From a virus (taxonomy: Duplodnaviria; Caudoviricetes): a stretch of DNA of 39,231 bases. Each line of letters starts with the position of its first letter. Positions within the stretch are counted from its first letter, which is position 1. A program made the position numbers and the translations under genes. The stretch is taken from positions 1 through 39,231 of IMG/VR virus record IMGVR_UViG_3300032247_001903. One strand, 5' to 3'. Below the pieces are notes generated by a model, which did not search any database, was not told the DNA's origin, and saw only the letters and a program-made list of their open reading frames with translations. Of this stretch, positions 19,613-27,543 are shown piece by piece.

Positions 19613-19794
19613 TATATCAAGTACAAATGGAATTTATTCCTGGCAATCCAACAATCTGGGTAGCTCGCCTAACACCAGATGATCCTCTTTATGAATATGA
19701 TAATTTTGAAGAAGCACAAGCAAAAGCTACTGAACTTCAAGATGCAGATCTTACAGGAAGACAATATCGTGTATCACAATTAGCTGCTGAATAA
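19609..19794 (+). CDS. Small hypothetical protein
   Basis: 61 aa; ATGA overlap with the endonuclease stop; abuts the first LamG gene. Confidence 0.7.
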   Translation: MIYQVQMEFIPGNPTIWVARLTPDDPLYEYDNFEEAQAKATELQDADLTGRQYRVSQLAAE

Positions 19795-19795
19795 T

Positions 19796-20497
19796 ATGGG
19801 ATTTTATGACGGACCTAGTATTGTTAATAATGGATTAATACTATCGTTAGATGCTGCTGATAAAAATAGCTATATAGGAAGTGGAACTTTATGGAATGAT
19901 TTAAGTGGAACTACTATTAGTGGATCTTTTGTTAATACTCCTACATTTGATAGTAACAATCAAGGAAGTATAGTATTCAATGGTACTAACCAATATATTA
20001 ATTTACAAACAGGCTCTTACTTAACAGGATCTAGTACTCAAATAACTATAGAAATTTGGAATTCCGGATCAATAGCCCAAGCATCAGCAGTATTTTCTGC
20101 TGCTGTTGGATCTACCAGAAATATTTCTATTACAATGCCTTGGTCAGATTCTATAATTTATTGGGACTGCGGAAACTCAGGAGTTACTTATGATCGAATT
20201 AATACTGCCGCCTTATCAACTTCACAATATGTAGGATGGCACCATTGGGTTTTTACAAAAAATACTACAGCAGGAACAATGGAAATTTATTTAGATGGAA
20301 ATCTTAATACGTCTGGTACTGGAAAAACTCTAACAATTAATATACCTTCTACTGCTTCTATAGCTGTTCTTAGAGAAGGAGCTGTACTAAATTATCATAG
20401 AGGAAAAATAGCTAATATTAAGATTTATAATCGAGTCTTATCAGCAGATGAAATTTTTCAAAACTACAACGCACAAAAATCACGCTTCGGCTTATAG
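19796..20497 (+). CDS. LamG / concanavalin A-like lectin domain protein, copy 1
   Basis: LSLDAAD..SY.GSG..W.DLSG, FNGTNQY, WHHWVFT, IYLDG and IYNRVLS..EI.QNY. Confidence 0.85.
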   Translation: MGFYDGPSIVNNGLILSLDAADKNSYIGSGTLWNDLSGTTISGSFVNTPTFDSNNQGSIVFNGTNQYINLQTGSYLTGSSTQITIEIWNSGSIAQASAVFSAAVGSTRNISITMPWSDSIIYWDCGNSGVTYDRINTAALSTSQYVGWHHWVFTKNTTAGTMEIYLDGNLNTSGTGKTLTINIPSTASIAVLREGAVLNYHRGKIANIKIYNRVLSADEIFQNYNAQKSRFGL

Positions 20498-21887
20498 TTA
20501 TAATATATGGCAACACAATACGCTTTTGGACAAATAGTAACAAGTGGATTAGTATTATCGTTAGATGCTGCGGATAAAAATAGTTATGTTTCTGGATCTA
20601 CTGTTTGGAATGATTTAAGTGGGAATGGTAATGGAGGAGCTATTTTAGGACCTACATATAATAGTTCAAATGGAGGTGCTTTATTTTTTCCCACTACAGC
20701 TAATGCTTATGTATCAGGCTCATCTCCAAACTTACCATCAGGAAACAGTGCATTTACTAAATCAGCTTGGATACAAAGTGGGTATAAAGGTAATAGCAGT
20801 ACCGGTCATCCAAATATAATATCTTGGGGAAATAACTTGTCAAATAATAAAAATGGATTATCTTTACAAACAGATGCATCAAATAATCCCCAAATTTTAC
20901 ATTGGTTTTTTGCTAACGATTATAGTTGTTCTATAAACGATATAACAAATACTTGGGCAAATATTACAGTAACATATAACCCACCAACATTAGTATTTTA
21001 TATAAACGCAGTAAGTCAATCTACTCAAACTGTTACTGGTACACCTAACGTAGTAGGAACAACTCAATTAGAAATAGGTAGATTTGGAACTCCTACTAAT
21101 TATAACTTTAGCGGTAGTATAGCAAACGTACAAATCTATAATCGAGCTCTTTCTCAAACAGAAGTTCTTCAAAACTACAACGCACAAAAATCACGCTACG
21201 GCTTATAACAAATGGGAATATCAGGTGGACCATATATAGTTAGAGATAGTAGCTTAGTATTAGAGCTAGATGCTGCTGATCAAAATTCTTATTCTGGTAG
21301 TGGAACTGTATGGACTGCTTTAACTACAAATAGTTATAGTGGTTCTTTAGTTAATGGACCTACATTTAGTAGTGGTAATGGTGGAGCTATTGTGTTTGAT
21401 GGAGTTAATGATTATATCAGCACTAACATTACAAAAACAATAATTCCAACTATATCAGATGTTACTTTTGCATCTTGGATTTATCCAACCAATAATGGGA
21501 TAAACGATGAGTGGATTATTTTATCAAATCTTAGTATTAATAGCCCTAATTATCATAATGTTGCTGTTGGTAGATTTACTGATAATAAATTTTATTTTAA
21601 TAATTTTGATGGTACTGAACATCGCTGTTATGCTGACATTGCAAGTTTAAATACTTGGGTGTATGTGGTTGGTGTTAGAAGTAATAATAATAATTACATA
21701 TATTTGAATGGTTCTATTCAATCTCAAGTTATTGCCTCTGGTACACCTAACATAGCATCAAGTACTACTCTTAGAATTGGAGGTGGAGCCGATTACTCTA
21801 AGGGTAATATATCAAACACACAAATATACAACCGCGCCCTCTCCTCAACAGAAATACTTCAAAACTACAACGCACAAAAATCACGCT
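20457..21887 (+). repeat. Three identical 30-nt direct repeats at LamG gene 3' ends
   Basis: TTCAAAACTACAACGCACAAAAATCACGCT at 20457-20486, 21168-21197 and 21858-21887. Confidence 0.92.
20507..21208 (+). CDS. LamG / concanavalin A-like lectin domain protein, copy 2
   Basis: Same N- and C-terminal motifs as copy 1; WANITVTY, IYNRALS. Confidence 0.85.
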   Translation: MATQYAFGQIVTSGLVLSLDAADKNSYVSGSTVWNDLSGNGNGGAILGPTYNSSNGGALFFPTTANAYVSGSSPNLPSGNSAFTKSAWIQSGYKGNSSTGHPNIISWGNNLSNNKNGLSLQTDASNNPQILHWFFANDYSCSINDITNTWANITVTYNPPTLVFYINAVSQSTQTVTGTPNVVGTTQLEIGRFGTPTNYNFSGSIANVQIYNRALSQTEVLQNYNAQKSRYGL

Positions 21888-21898
21888 TTGGTTTATAA
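21212..21898 (+). CDS. LamG / concanavalin A-like lectin domain protein, copy 3
   Basis: LELDAAD, FDGVNDY, WVYVVGV, IYLNG and IYNRALS. Confidence 0.85.
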   Translation: MGISGGPYIVRDSSLVLELDAADQNSYSGSGTVWTALTTNSYSGSLVNGPTFSSGNGGAIVFDGVNDYISTNITKTIIPTISDVTFASWIYPTNNGINDEWIILSNLSINSPNYHNVAVGRFTDNKFYFNNFDGTEHRCYADIASLNTWVYVVGVRSNNNNYIYLNGSIQSQVIASGTPNIASSTTLRIGGGADYSKGNISNTQIYNRALSSTEILQNYNAQKSRFGL

Positions 21899-21906
21899 AA
21901 CAATAA

Positions 21907-21913
21907 TATTTAT
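21907..21913 (+). promoter_or_regulatory. TATTTAT putative late promoter
   Basis: Recurrent intergenic motif. Confidence 0.6.
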
Positions 21914-21925
21914 ATGTAAACCCCC

Positions 21926-21949
21926 GTTCTAGGGATAGGGATCTAGAAC
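21926..21949 (+). promoter_or_regulatory. Leader hairpin upstream of fibre gene
   Basis: GTTCTAG-GGATAGGGAT-CTAGAAC, lying between TATTTAT (21907) and ATG 21959. Confidence 0.55.
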
Positions 21950-21958
21950 ACAACATAA

Positions 21959-23650
21959 ATGCCGAATGAATTTGTAGCCAGAAATGGCGTCATTGCTTTA
22001 AATAATAGTACTGTAACAGGATCTTTAAATGTTACAAATGGAATAACTGGATCCTTTACAGGATCTCTTACAGGTTCATTATTTGGAACTTCATCTTGGG
22101 CTGTTTCAGCCTCAAATGCTGTTTCAGCAGCATGGGCACCTGGAAGCGCAGCAACAGGAGATAAAATTACTAGTGGTAGTGTAACTGCTTCTGTTGATAT
22201 AGCAGGAACTACATTTAGGTTAATAAGTGGTTCATCTACGTTTTTATATGTAAGTAGTAGTGGTAACGTTGGTATAAGCACAGCAACACCATCAGCCCAA
22301 TTTGAAATTAAAAAATCAGCCCAATCCGTTCCAAATATAGTATTATCAGGACCTAATAATTTTAACGCTGGTGATTTTAAAGGTTTAGGTATTACGAATT
22401 ATTACTCTGATGTAACTACAACTAATAAACAATTAGCAATTTATAACACAGATAATACAAATTATCCATATTTTAGAGTAGCTATATCAAATCTTAATTA
22501 TGTTAGTGTAGACGTTATAACAGGAAGTACTGCAGGTGCAAAAGATTTATATGTAAATAATACCATTTATATTACTTCTGGTAGTAATGTTGGTATAGGC
22601 ACCTTAATACCTACTGCTAAACTTCAAGTATCAGGTACAATAAATGTAGTTAACTTTAGAGGCTCAGGTAGCTTAGCAACTGCATCTATATTCACAGTTG
22701 ATGGAGCTGCAGGTCGTCTTTTTAGTGTAAATGATTCACTTTCAGGTTCATTATTTTCAGTTAATACAATTGCAGGTTTACCTGTAATAGAAGTTTTTTC
22801 AGATAATACAGTTCGCATTGGACAATATGGACAAAAAGCATTATTTGTATCTCAATCTAGAGTTGGTATAGGTAAGGAAACAGCATTAAATGCTAATTTA
22901 GATATAAGTGGTAGTGCTATTATTACTGGTTCTTTAAACGTTACAGGAAGTATTACTACAGTAGGTACTATAACCGCAACTACTTTAGTAGTACAAACTA
23001 TTACATCTTCTATAGAATATTCTTCAGGATCAAATATATTTGGAAGTAAATCAACAGATACTCAACAATTTACAGGATCAGTAGGTATTACAGGTAGTCT
23101 TACTTCAAATGGAAATACAGTCGTTACAGGTTCATTTACAATAATTTCAGGTAGTACTGTAGATTTTCAAGTTACAGATGGTGGAACTAAACAAGGTAAT
23201 GCTATTACTGATACTCATAATATAACAGGTAGTGTAAATATTAGTGGAAGTACTACTATAACAGGATCTTTAGGTGTTAATAGTGGTAACTTATCTATAC
23301 CTAAAGCATTAGGTAATACTATCCCAACATTTTTTACAGGAAGTGCACTTGGAACTAGTACTCCTGGTATTTCTTTTACTGGATCTGATGTTGCTGGATT
23401 TGTTACAGTTAGAACAGGAGCTACTACTCCTGCTGCTAATGCTACTATATTTGCAGTATCTTTCTCATCAGCTTATCCGTCTCCACCTTATGTAGTTACA
23501 CAACCTGGTAATTATAGCTCCTCACTTGCAATAGGTGGGATATCAGGTACTTTCGTCACTACTTCAACTACTGGATTTTCTATGTTTACTGGACCTGTAG
23601 CTTTAAAACCTTCAGTAACATATAGTTTTTATTATCTTGTAGTAGGATAA
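21959..23650 (+). CDS. Fibre-like structural protein
   Basis: 563 aa with GNVGI/SNVGIGT repeats typical of trimeric beta fibres and many TGS repeats. Shares the TLVVQTITSS...FTGS module with the 15494 gene. Confidence 0.8.
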   Translation: MPNEFVARNGVIALNNSTVTGSLNVTNGITGSFTGSLTGSLFGTSSWAVSASNAVSAAWAPGSAATGDKITSGSVTASVDIAGTTFRLISGSSTFLYVSSSGNVGISTATPSAQFEIKKSAQSVPNIVLSGPNNFNAGDFKGLGITNYYSDVTTTNKQLAIYNTDNTNYPYFRVAISNLNYVSVDVITGSTAGAKDLYVNNTIYITSGSNVGIGTLIPTAKLQVSGTINVVNFRGSGSLATASIFTVDGAAGRLFSVNDSLSGSLFSVNTIAGLPVIEVFSDNTVRIGQYGQKALFVSQSRVGIGKETALNANLDISGSAIITGSLNVTGSITTVGTITATTLVVQTITSSIEYSSGSNIFGSKSTDTQQFTGSVGITGSLTSNGNTVVTGSFTIISGSTVDFQVTDGGTKQGNAITDTHNITGSVNISGSTTITGSLGVNSGNLSIPKALGNTIPTFFTGSALGTSTPGISFTGSDVAGFVTVRTGATTPAANATIFAVSFSSAYPSPPYVVTQPGNYSSSLAIGGISGTFVTTSTTGFSMFTGPVALKPSVTYSFYYLVVG

Positions 23651-23690
23651 TTATTTAAAATAAATTTGGTTGTCTTTAAATTTTATTATA

Positions 23691-23697
23691 TATTTAT
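23691..23697 (+). promoter_or_regulatory. TATTTAT putative late promoter
   Basis: Recurrent intergenic motif. Confidence 0.55.
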
Positions 23698-23722
23698 ATA
23701 CGTAAACCAAAAAATAAAATTT

Positions 23723-23965
23723 ATGTTAACAGTTATTATCGTATTATTAATTGCTGCAATTATTGCTACTTTTACTCTTATGAAAAAAGGTAAAATTGCT
23801 GACACTAACAACAACAACATTCCTGATGTAATTGAAACTAAAGTAGAAGCAATTAAGGAAGTAGTTGAAGAAGTTAAAGAAGAAATTAAAAAAGTAAAAA
23901 AAACTACTACTAAAAAACCTGTTGCATCTACAGATGCAAAAAAAATCACTAAAAAAGAAAAATAA
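23723..23965 (+). CDS. Small membrane-anchored protein
   Basis: Likely start is ATG 23723, downstream of TATTTAT 23691; the track start at 23666 is TTG. N-terminal TM helix, DTNNNNIPD and a Lys-rich tail. Confidence 0.7.
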   Translation: MLTVIIVLLIAAIIATFTLMKKGKIADTNNNNIPDVIETKVEAIKEVVEEVKEEIKKVKKTTTKKPVASTDAKKITKKEK

Positions 23966-24222
23966 TGAGTGAAGAAATAGCTAAAAAATTTATTACTGAA
24001 GATGAACTAGCTCAAGTTCAAAATTTTAAAAAAGTTAAAAACAACATTACTTTTGCTTTAGGTGAAAATCGTTTATATAAAGAATCATTACTTGAATCTT
24101 ATCGCAATGTAGTATCTCAAGAACAAGATTTTCTTAATAAACTTTCTATTAAGTATGGTGATGGAAGTCTTGATGTAAATACTGGTGAAATAGCATTTCC
24201 ATCTAATGAACAAAATATCTGA
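23965..24222 (+). CDS. Small coiled-coil protein (paralog of 24452)
   Basis: Ends KYGDGSLDVNTGEI. Confidence 0.75.
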   Translation: MSEEIAKKFITEDELAQVQNFKKVKNNITFALGENRLYKESLLESYRNVVSQEQDFLNKLSIKYGDGSLDVNTGEIAFPSNEQNI

Positions 24223-24439
24223 AATATTTAAATCATGGATAGCCGCTGCTAATCCTACACCTGATCAACAAACGATAGCTCAATATCGAGCTAACATTTG
24301 TGATTCATGTGATAAGAAAACACACGTTATTGCAATTAACTCATTTATTTGTGGAGAATGTGGTTGTCCTTTAAGTAAAAAAGTTTTTAGCCCTAAACCA
24401 GGTAAAGAAGCTTGCCCATTAGCTAAATGGGAAAAATAA
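24206..24439 (+). CDS. Small Cys-rich, probable Zn-binding protein
   Basis: R..ICDSC...CGECGC.L..K.....CP..KW pattern. Confidence 0.75.
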   Translation: MNKISEIFKSWIAAANPTPDQQTIAQYRANICDSCDKKTHVIAINSFICGECGCPLSKKVFSPKPGKEACPLAKWEK

Positions 24440-24451
24440 AAATATAATGTT

Positions 24452-24718
24452 ATGGCACAATTAATACAAGAAGAATTACAATCAATTAAAGATCTCCAAT
24501 CAAAATATAATCAAACTATATTTGAAATTGGTGTTGCAGAAGCACAAAAAATTGCTTTAAACGAGCAAATTGAAAAGCTTGAAAGTAATAAAAAACAATT
24601 AGTTAATGATCTTGCAACAATTGAACAAAAAGAATTAGAATTAACTAATTCTCTTCAAGAAAAATACGGAACTGGCTCTATCAATCCAGAAACGGGAGAA
24701 ATTACACCTATTCAATAA
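24452..24718 (+). CDS. Small coiled-coil protein (paralog of 23965)
   Basis: Ends KYGTGSINPETGEI. Confidence 0.78.
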   Translation: MAQLIQEELQSIKDLQSKYNQTIFEIGVAEAQKIALNEQIEKLESNKKQLVNDLATIEQKELELTNSLQEKYGTGSINPETGEITPIQ

Positions 24719-24746
24719 GATTCTGCGTTTTATAATAGTTTTTAGA

Positions 24747-24753
24747 TATTTAT
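24747..24753 (+). promoter_or_regulatory. TATTTAT putative late promoter (sheath)
   Basis: Recurrent intergenic motif; CGTTT lies upstream. Confidence 0.65.
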
Positions 24754-24797
24754 CGATAGGTCAATCCTATTAAATTTTTCAAAAACAATTATACAAA

Positions 24798-26918
24798 ATG
24801 GCAGAAAAAATTTTATCTCCCGGTGTATTCCAAAATGAATCTGACAGATCGTTAGTTCAGAGAGGTATTCAAGGGACAGCAACAGCAATCGTTGGACCTA
24901 CAGTATTAGGTCAACCATTTGTTCCTACTTATGTTACATCATATAGCGAATTTGCAGCTAAATTTGGTGAAACTTTTAAAAGTGGTAGTTATTACTATGA
25001 ATATCTTACATCATTAGCTGCTAGAGATTTTTTTCAAAATGGTGGTCAAACATTACTAGTTACTAGAATTATCAGCGGATCTGCTAATGTTAGTACATAT
25101 GCACAGTCTACTATCTATGACTCTTCAGGAATTGCAGCTACAGCAAGTGTAGTTTTAACCGGATCTTCATTTGTTATAACAGGATCAGGACTTGATGGAT
25201 CATATTTTCAATTAACAGGATCTTCAGATTTTTCAACTTCTGCTTCTTATGGTACTTTTTATATTACTTCTAGTATAACTCAAGTAGATGCTGCTCCTAA
25301 CTATTATATAGTTACTGGTTCTACTGTTGCTACTACAATTACTAATATAATAACTAAAATTAACTCATTAACTTCTAAATTTAATATTACTGCTTCTGTA
25401 TCTAATGTATACAGTATGTCTTTATCAACTACATTATATGATGATAGTGAAATATTAGGTAATGGATTTAAATTTATTACTGGTAGTACAACAAGTCCAT
25501 TTGGAGGTGCTAGAAATGCTTCTGCTGCTTTTATTCTTGAAACCTTAACTTGGGGTGATATAATGAATAATAATGGAGGTGCTGTATCTGGTTCCTTTAC
25601 TAATGGTGCTTTACCAAGTGGTAGTACAGCAAACGTTCGTTGGGAACTTACAAATGTAAATACAGGTAGTGGTACTTTTAATATAGCAATTCGTGCAGGA
25701 AATGATAATAATTCTCAAAAGAATTATATTGAATCTTGGCCTAATCTTTCATTAGATCCAAACCTTCCAAACTATATTGCTCGTGTAATAGGTGACTGGA
25801 AACCAGTATTTAGAATTGATGCTGATAATAATTATTATGTTGATTATACAGGATCATATGCTAATGCTTCTCAATATGTTCGTATTAAATCTATAACTCC
25901 ACAAGTAGATTCTCTTGATAATAATGGATTTTTCAAAACTGGATCTTATGCTTCTGGTTTACCAACAACTAATCTAGTATCTTCAAATGGTTCATTTGGT
26001 GGCGGTGTTGCTGCAACAACAGCTGTTCAATTAATGAATGAAAATATAACAACAACTAATATTCAAGGATTTTCTCCAGCTGATTATATTACTGCATTTA
26101 ATCTTCTTGATAACAGAGATGAATACCAATATAATGTATTAACTTCTCCAGGTGTTGGCTTAGATTGTAGTGCTGCGGCAACAATGATTTCAACAGTTGA
26201 AGGTCGCGGTGATGCAATTGCAGTTATAGGTGCTGGAGTTTATGGTACTTCAATTGCTACTGCAGCTCAAAACGCAGCTGGTCAATCAAGTAACTATGCA
26301 GCTACTTATTATCCTTGGATTCAACTATATTCAAGCAACGTAGGTAAAGCTCTATGGTGTCCTCCATCAACAATAATGGGTGGTGTATTTGCATTCAATG
26401 ATCAAGTTGGTGCTGAATGGTTTGCTCCTGCTGGTTTAAATCGTGGTGGTGTTCCTTCAGTATTAAGAGCTGAAAAAAGATTATCTCAAGCAGATCGTGA
26501 TATATTATATGGTGCAAATGTTAATCCATTAGCTACATTCCCTGGAGAAGGTGTTGTAGTATTTGGTCAGAAAACATTACAACGTAAAGCAACTGCTTTA
26601 GACAGAGTAAACGTTCGTCGTTTATTAATTGCTCTTAAAGGATATATTGGTCAAGTAGGTAATAACTTAGTATTTGAACAAAATACCAACGTAACACGTA
26701 ATAGATTCTTATCTCAAGTTAATCCATATCTTGAATCAGTAGTACAACGTCAAGGTTTATATGCTTACAAAGTAGTAATGGACGAAAGTAACAATACACC
26801 TGATGTAATTGATAGAAATCAGTTAGTAGGTCAGATTTATATTCAACCAACTAAGACAGCTGAATTTATTATATTGAACTTTAACGTATTACCAACCGGC
26901 GCTACATTCCCTGCATAG
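24798..26918 (+). CDS. gp18: Contractile tail sheath protein (gp18-like)
   Basis: LSPGVF..E.D, WFAPAGLNRG, VNPLATFPGEG, GQKTL, DRVNVRRL, FEQN and PTKTAEFI. Confidence 0.97.
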   Translation: MAEKILSPGVFQNESDRSLVQRGIQGTATAIVGPTVLGQPFVPTYVTSYSEFAAKFGETFKSGSYYYEYLTSLAARDFFQNGGQTLLVTRIISGSANVSTYAQSTIYDSSGIAATASVVLTGSSFVITGSGLDGSYFQLTGSSDFSTSASYGTFYITSSITQVDAAPNYYIVTGSTVATTITNIITKINSLTSKFNITASVSNVYSMSLSTTLYDDSEILGNGFKFITGSTTSPFGGARNASAAFILETLTWGDIMNNNGGAVSGSFTNGALPSGSTANVRWELTNVNTGSGTFNIAIRAGNDNNSQKNYIESWPNLSLDPNLPNYIARVIGDWKPVFRIDADNNYYVDYTGSYANASQYVRIKSITPQVDSLDNNGFFKTGSYASGLPTTNLVSSNGSFGGGVAATTAVQLMNENITTTNIQGFSPADYITAFNLLDNRDEYQYNVLTSPGVGLDCSAAATMISTVEGRGDAIAVIGAGVYGTSIATAAQNAAGQSSNYAATYYPWIQLYSSNVGKALWCPPSTIMGGVFAFNDQVGAEWFAPAGLNRGGVPSVLRAEKRLSQADRDILYGANVNPLATFPGEGVVVFGQKTLQRKATALDRVNVRRLLIALKGYIGQVGNNLVFEQNTNVTRNRFLSQVNPYLESVVQRQGLYAYKVVMDESNNTPDVIDRNQLVGQIYIQPTKTAEFIILNFNVLPTGATFPA

Positions 26919-26933
26919 GGGATGTAGTTGCTA

Positions 26934-26940
26934 TATTTAT
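26934..26940 (+). promoter_or_regulatory. TATTTAT putative late promoter (tube)
   Basis: Recurrent intergenic motif. Confidence 0.6.
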
Positions 26941-26966
26941 TGATAGCAATAAAAATTTAAAATAAA

Positions 26967-27455
26967 ATGGCAGTATTAGACGCTAACGAAATAATGTTTA
27001 CGGCATTTGAACCCAAAGTTCCAAATCGCTTTATCATGTATATTGATGGTATTCCATCATACTTAATTAAAAAGGCTTCAGCTCCTGGATTCGATGCTAA
27101 AGAAATTGTTTTAGATCATATCAATGTATATCGTAAAGTTAAAGGTAAAGTTACCTGGAATGATATGACTTTAGAATTATACGATCCTGTAACTCCATCA
27201 GGTGCACAAGCAGTAATGGAATGGGCTCGTTTAGCACACGAATCAGTAACAGGTCGTGATGGTTATTCTGATTTTTATAAAAAAGATCTAACATTAGATA
27301 TTTTAGGTCCTGTAGGTGATGTAGTAGGTGAATGGATTATCAAAGGTGCTTATTGCAAAACTGCAACTTTTGGTGATTATGATTGGTCTTCAGGAGACGC
27401 AGCAATTAACTTAGCAGTAACAATTGCTATGGATTATTGCGTATTGAACTTCTAA
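26967..27455 (+). CDS. gp19: Tail tube protein (gp19-like)
   Basis: 162 aa directly after the sheath; FEPK..NRF, W.DMTLELYD, YKKDLTL and W.IKGAY. Confidence 0.9.
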   Translation: MAVLDANEIMFTAFEPKVPNRFIMYIDGIPSYLIKKASAPGFDAKEIVLDHINVYRKVKGKVTWNDMTLELYDPVTPSGAQAVMEWARLAHESVTGRDGYSDFYKKDLTLDILGPVGDVVGEWIIKGAYCKTATFGDYDWSSGDAAINLAVTIAMDYCVLNF

Positions 27456-27476
27456 TTTAATAATATTTATTTTAAG

Positions 27477-27508
27477 AGACGTTTACTTTTGGTAAACGTC
27501 TTTTTTTT
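27477..27508 (+). terminator. Rho-independent terminator after tail tube
   Basis: AGACGTTTAC-TTTTG-GTAAACGTCT followed by a T run. Confidence 0.88.
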
Positions 27509-27513
27509 GCATA

Positions 27514-27520
27514 TATTTAT
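27514..27520 (+). promoter_or_regulatory. TATTTAT putative late promoter (gp26-like)
   Basis: Directly after the tube terminator. Confidence 0.65.
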
Positions 27521-27543
27521 ATATACACAAATAAAAACGTTAT

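Noticed and set aside
20457-21887. 30-nt repeats as a CRISPR array or DGR template/variable repeats
   Set aside because: Spacing is about 700 nt and the repeats lie within coding ends. There is no cas or reverse transcriptase gene and no adenine-specific mismatch pattern.
18888-21960. AACATAAAT direct repeat flanking the endonuclease-LamG block as a target-site duplication
   Set aside because: A 9-nt AT-rich match is expected by chance in this composition.
23666-23722. Track's TTG start for the membrane protein
   Set aside because: The extension spans the TATTTAT motif and AT-rich intergenic-like DNA; ATG 23723 fits better.
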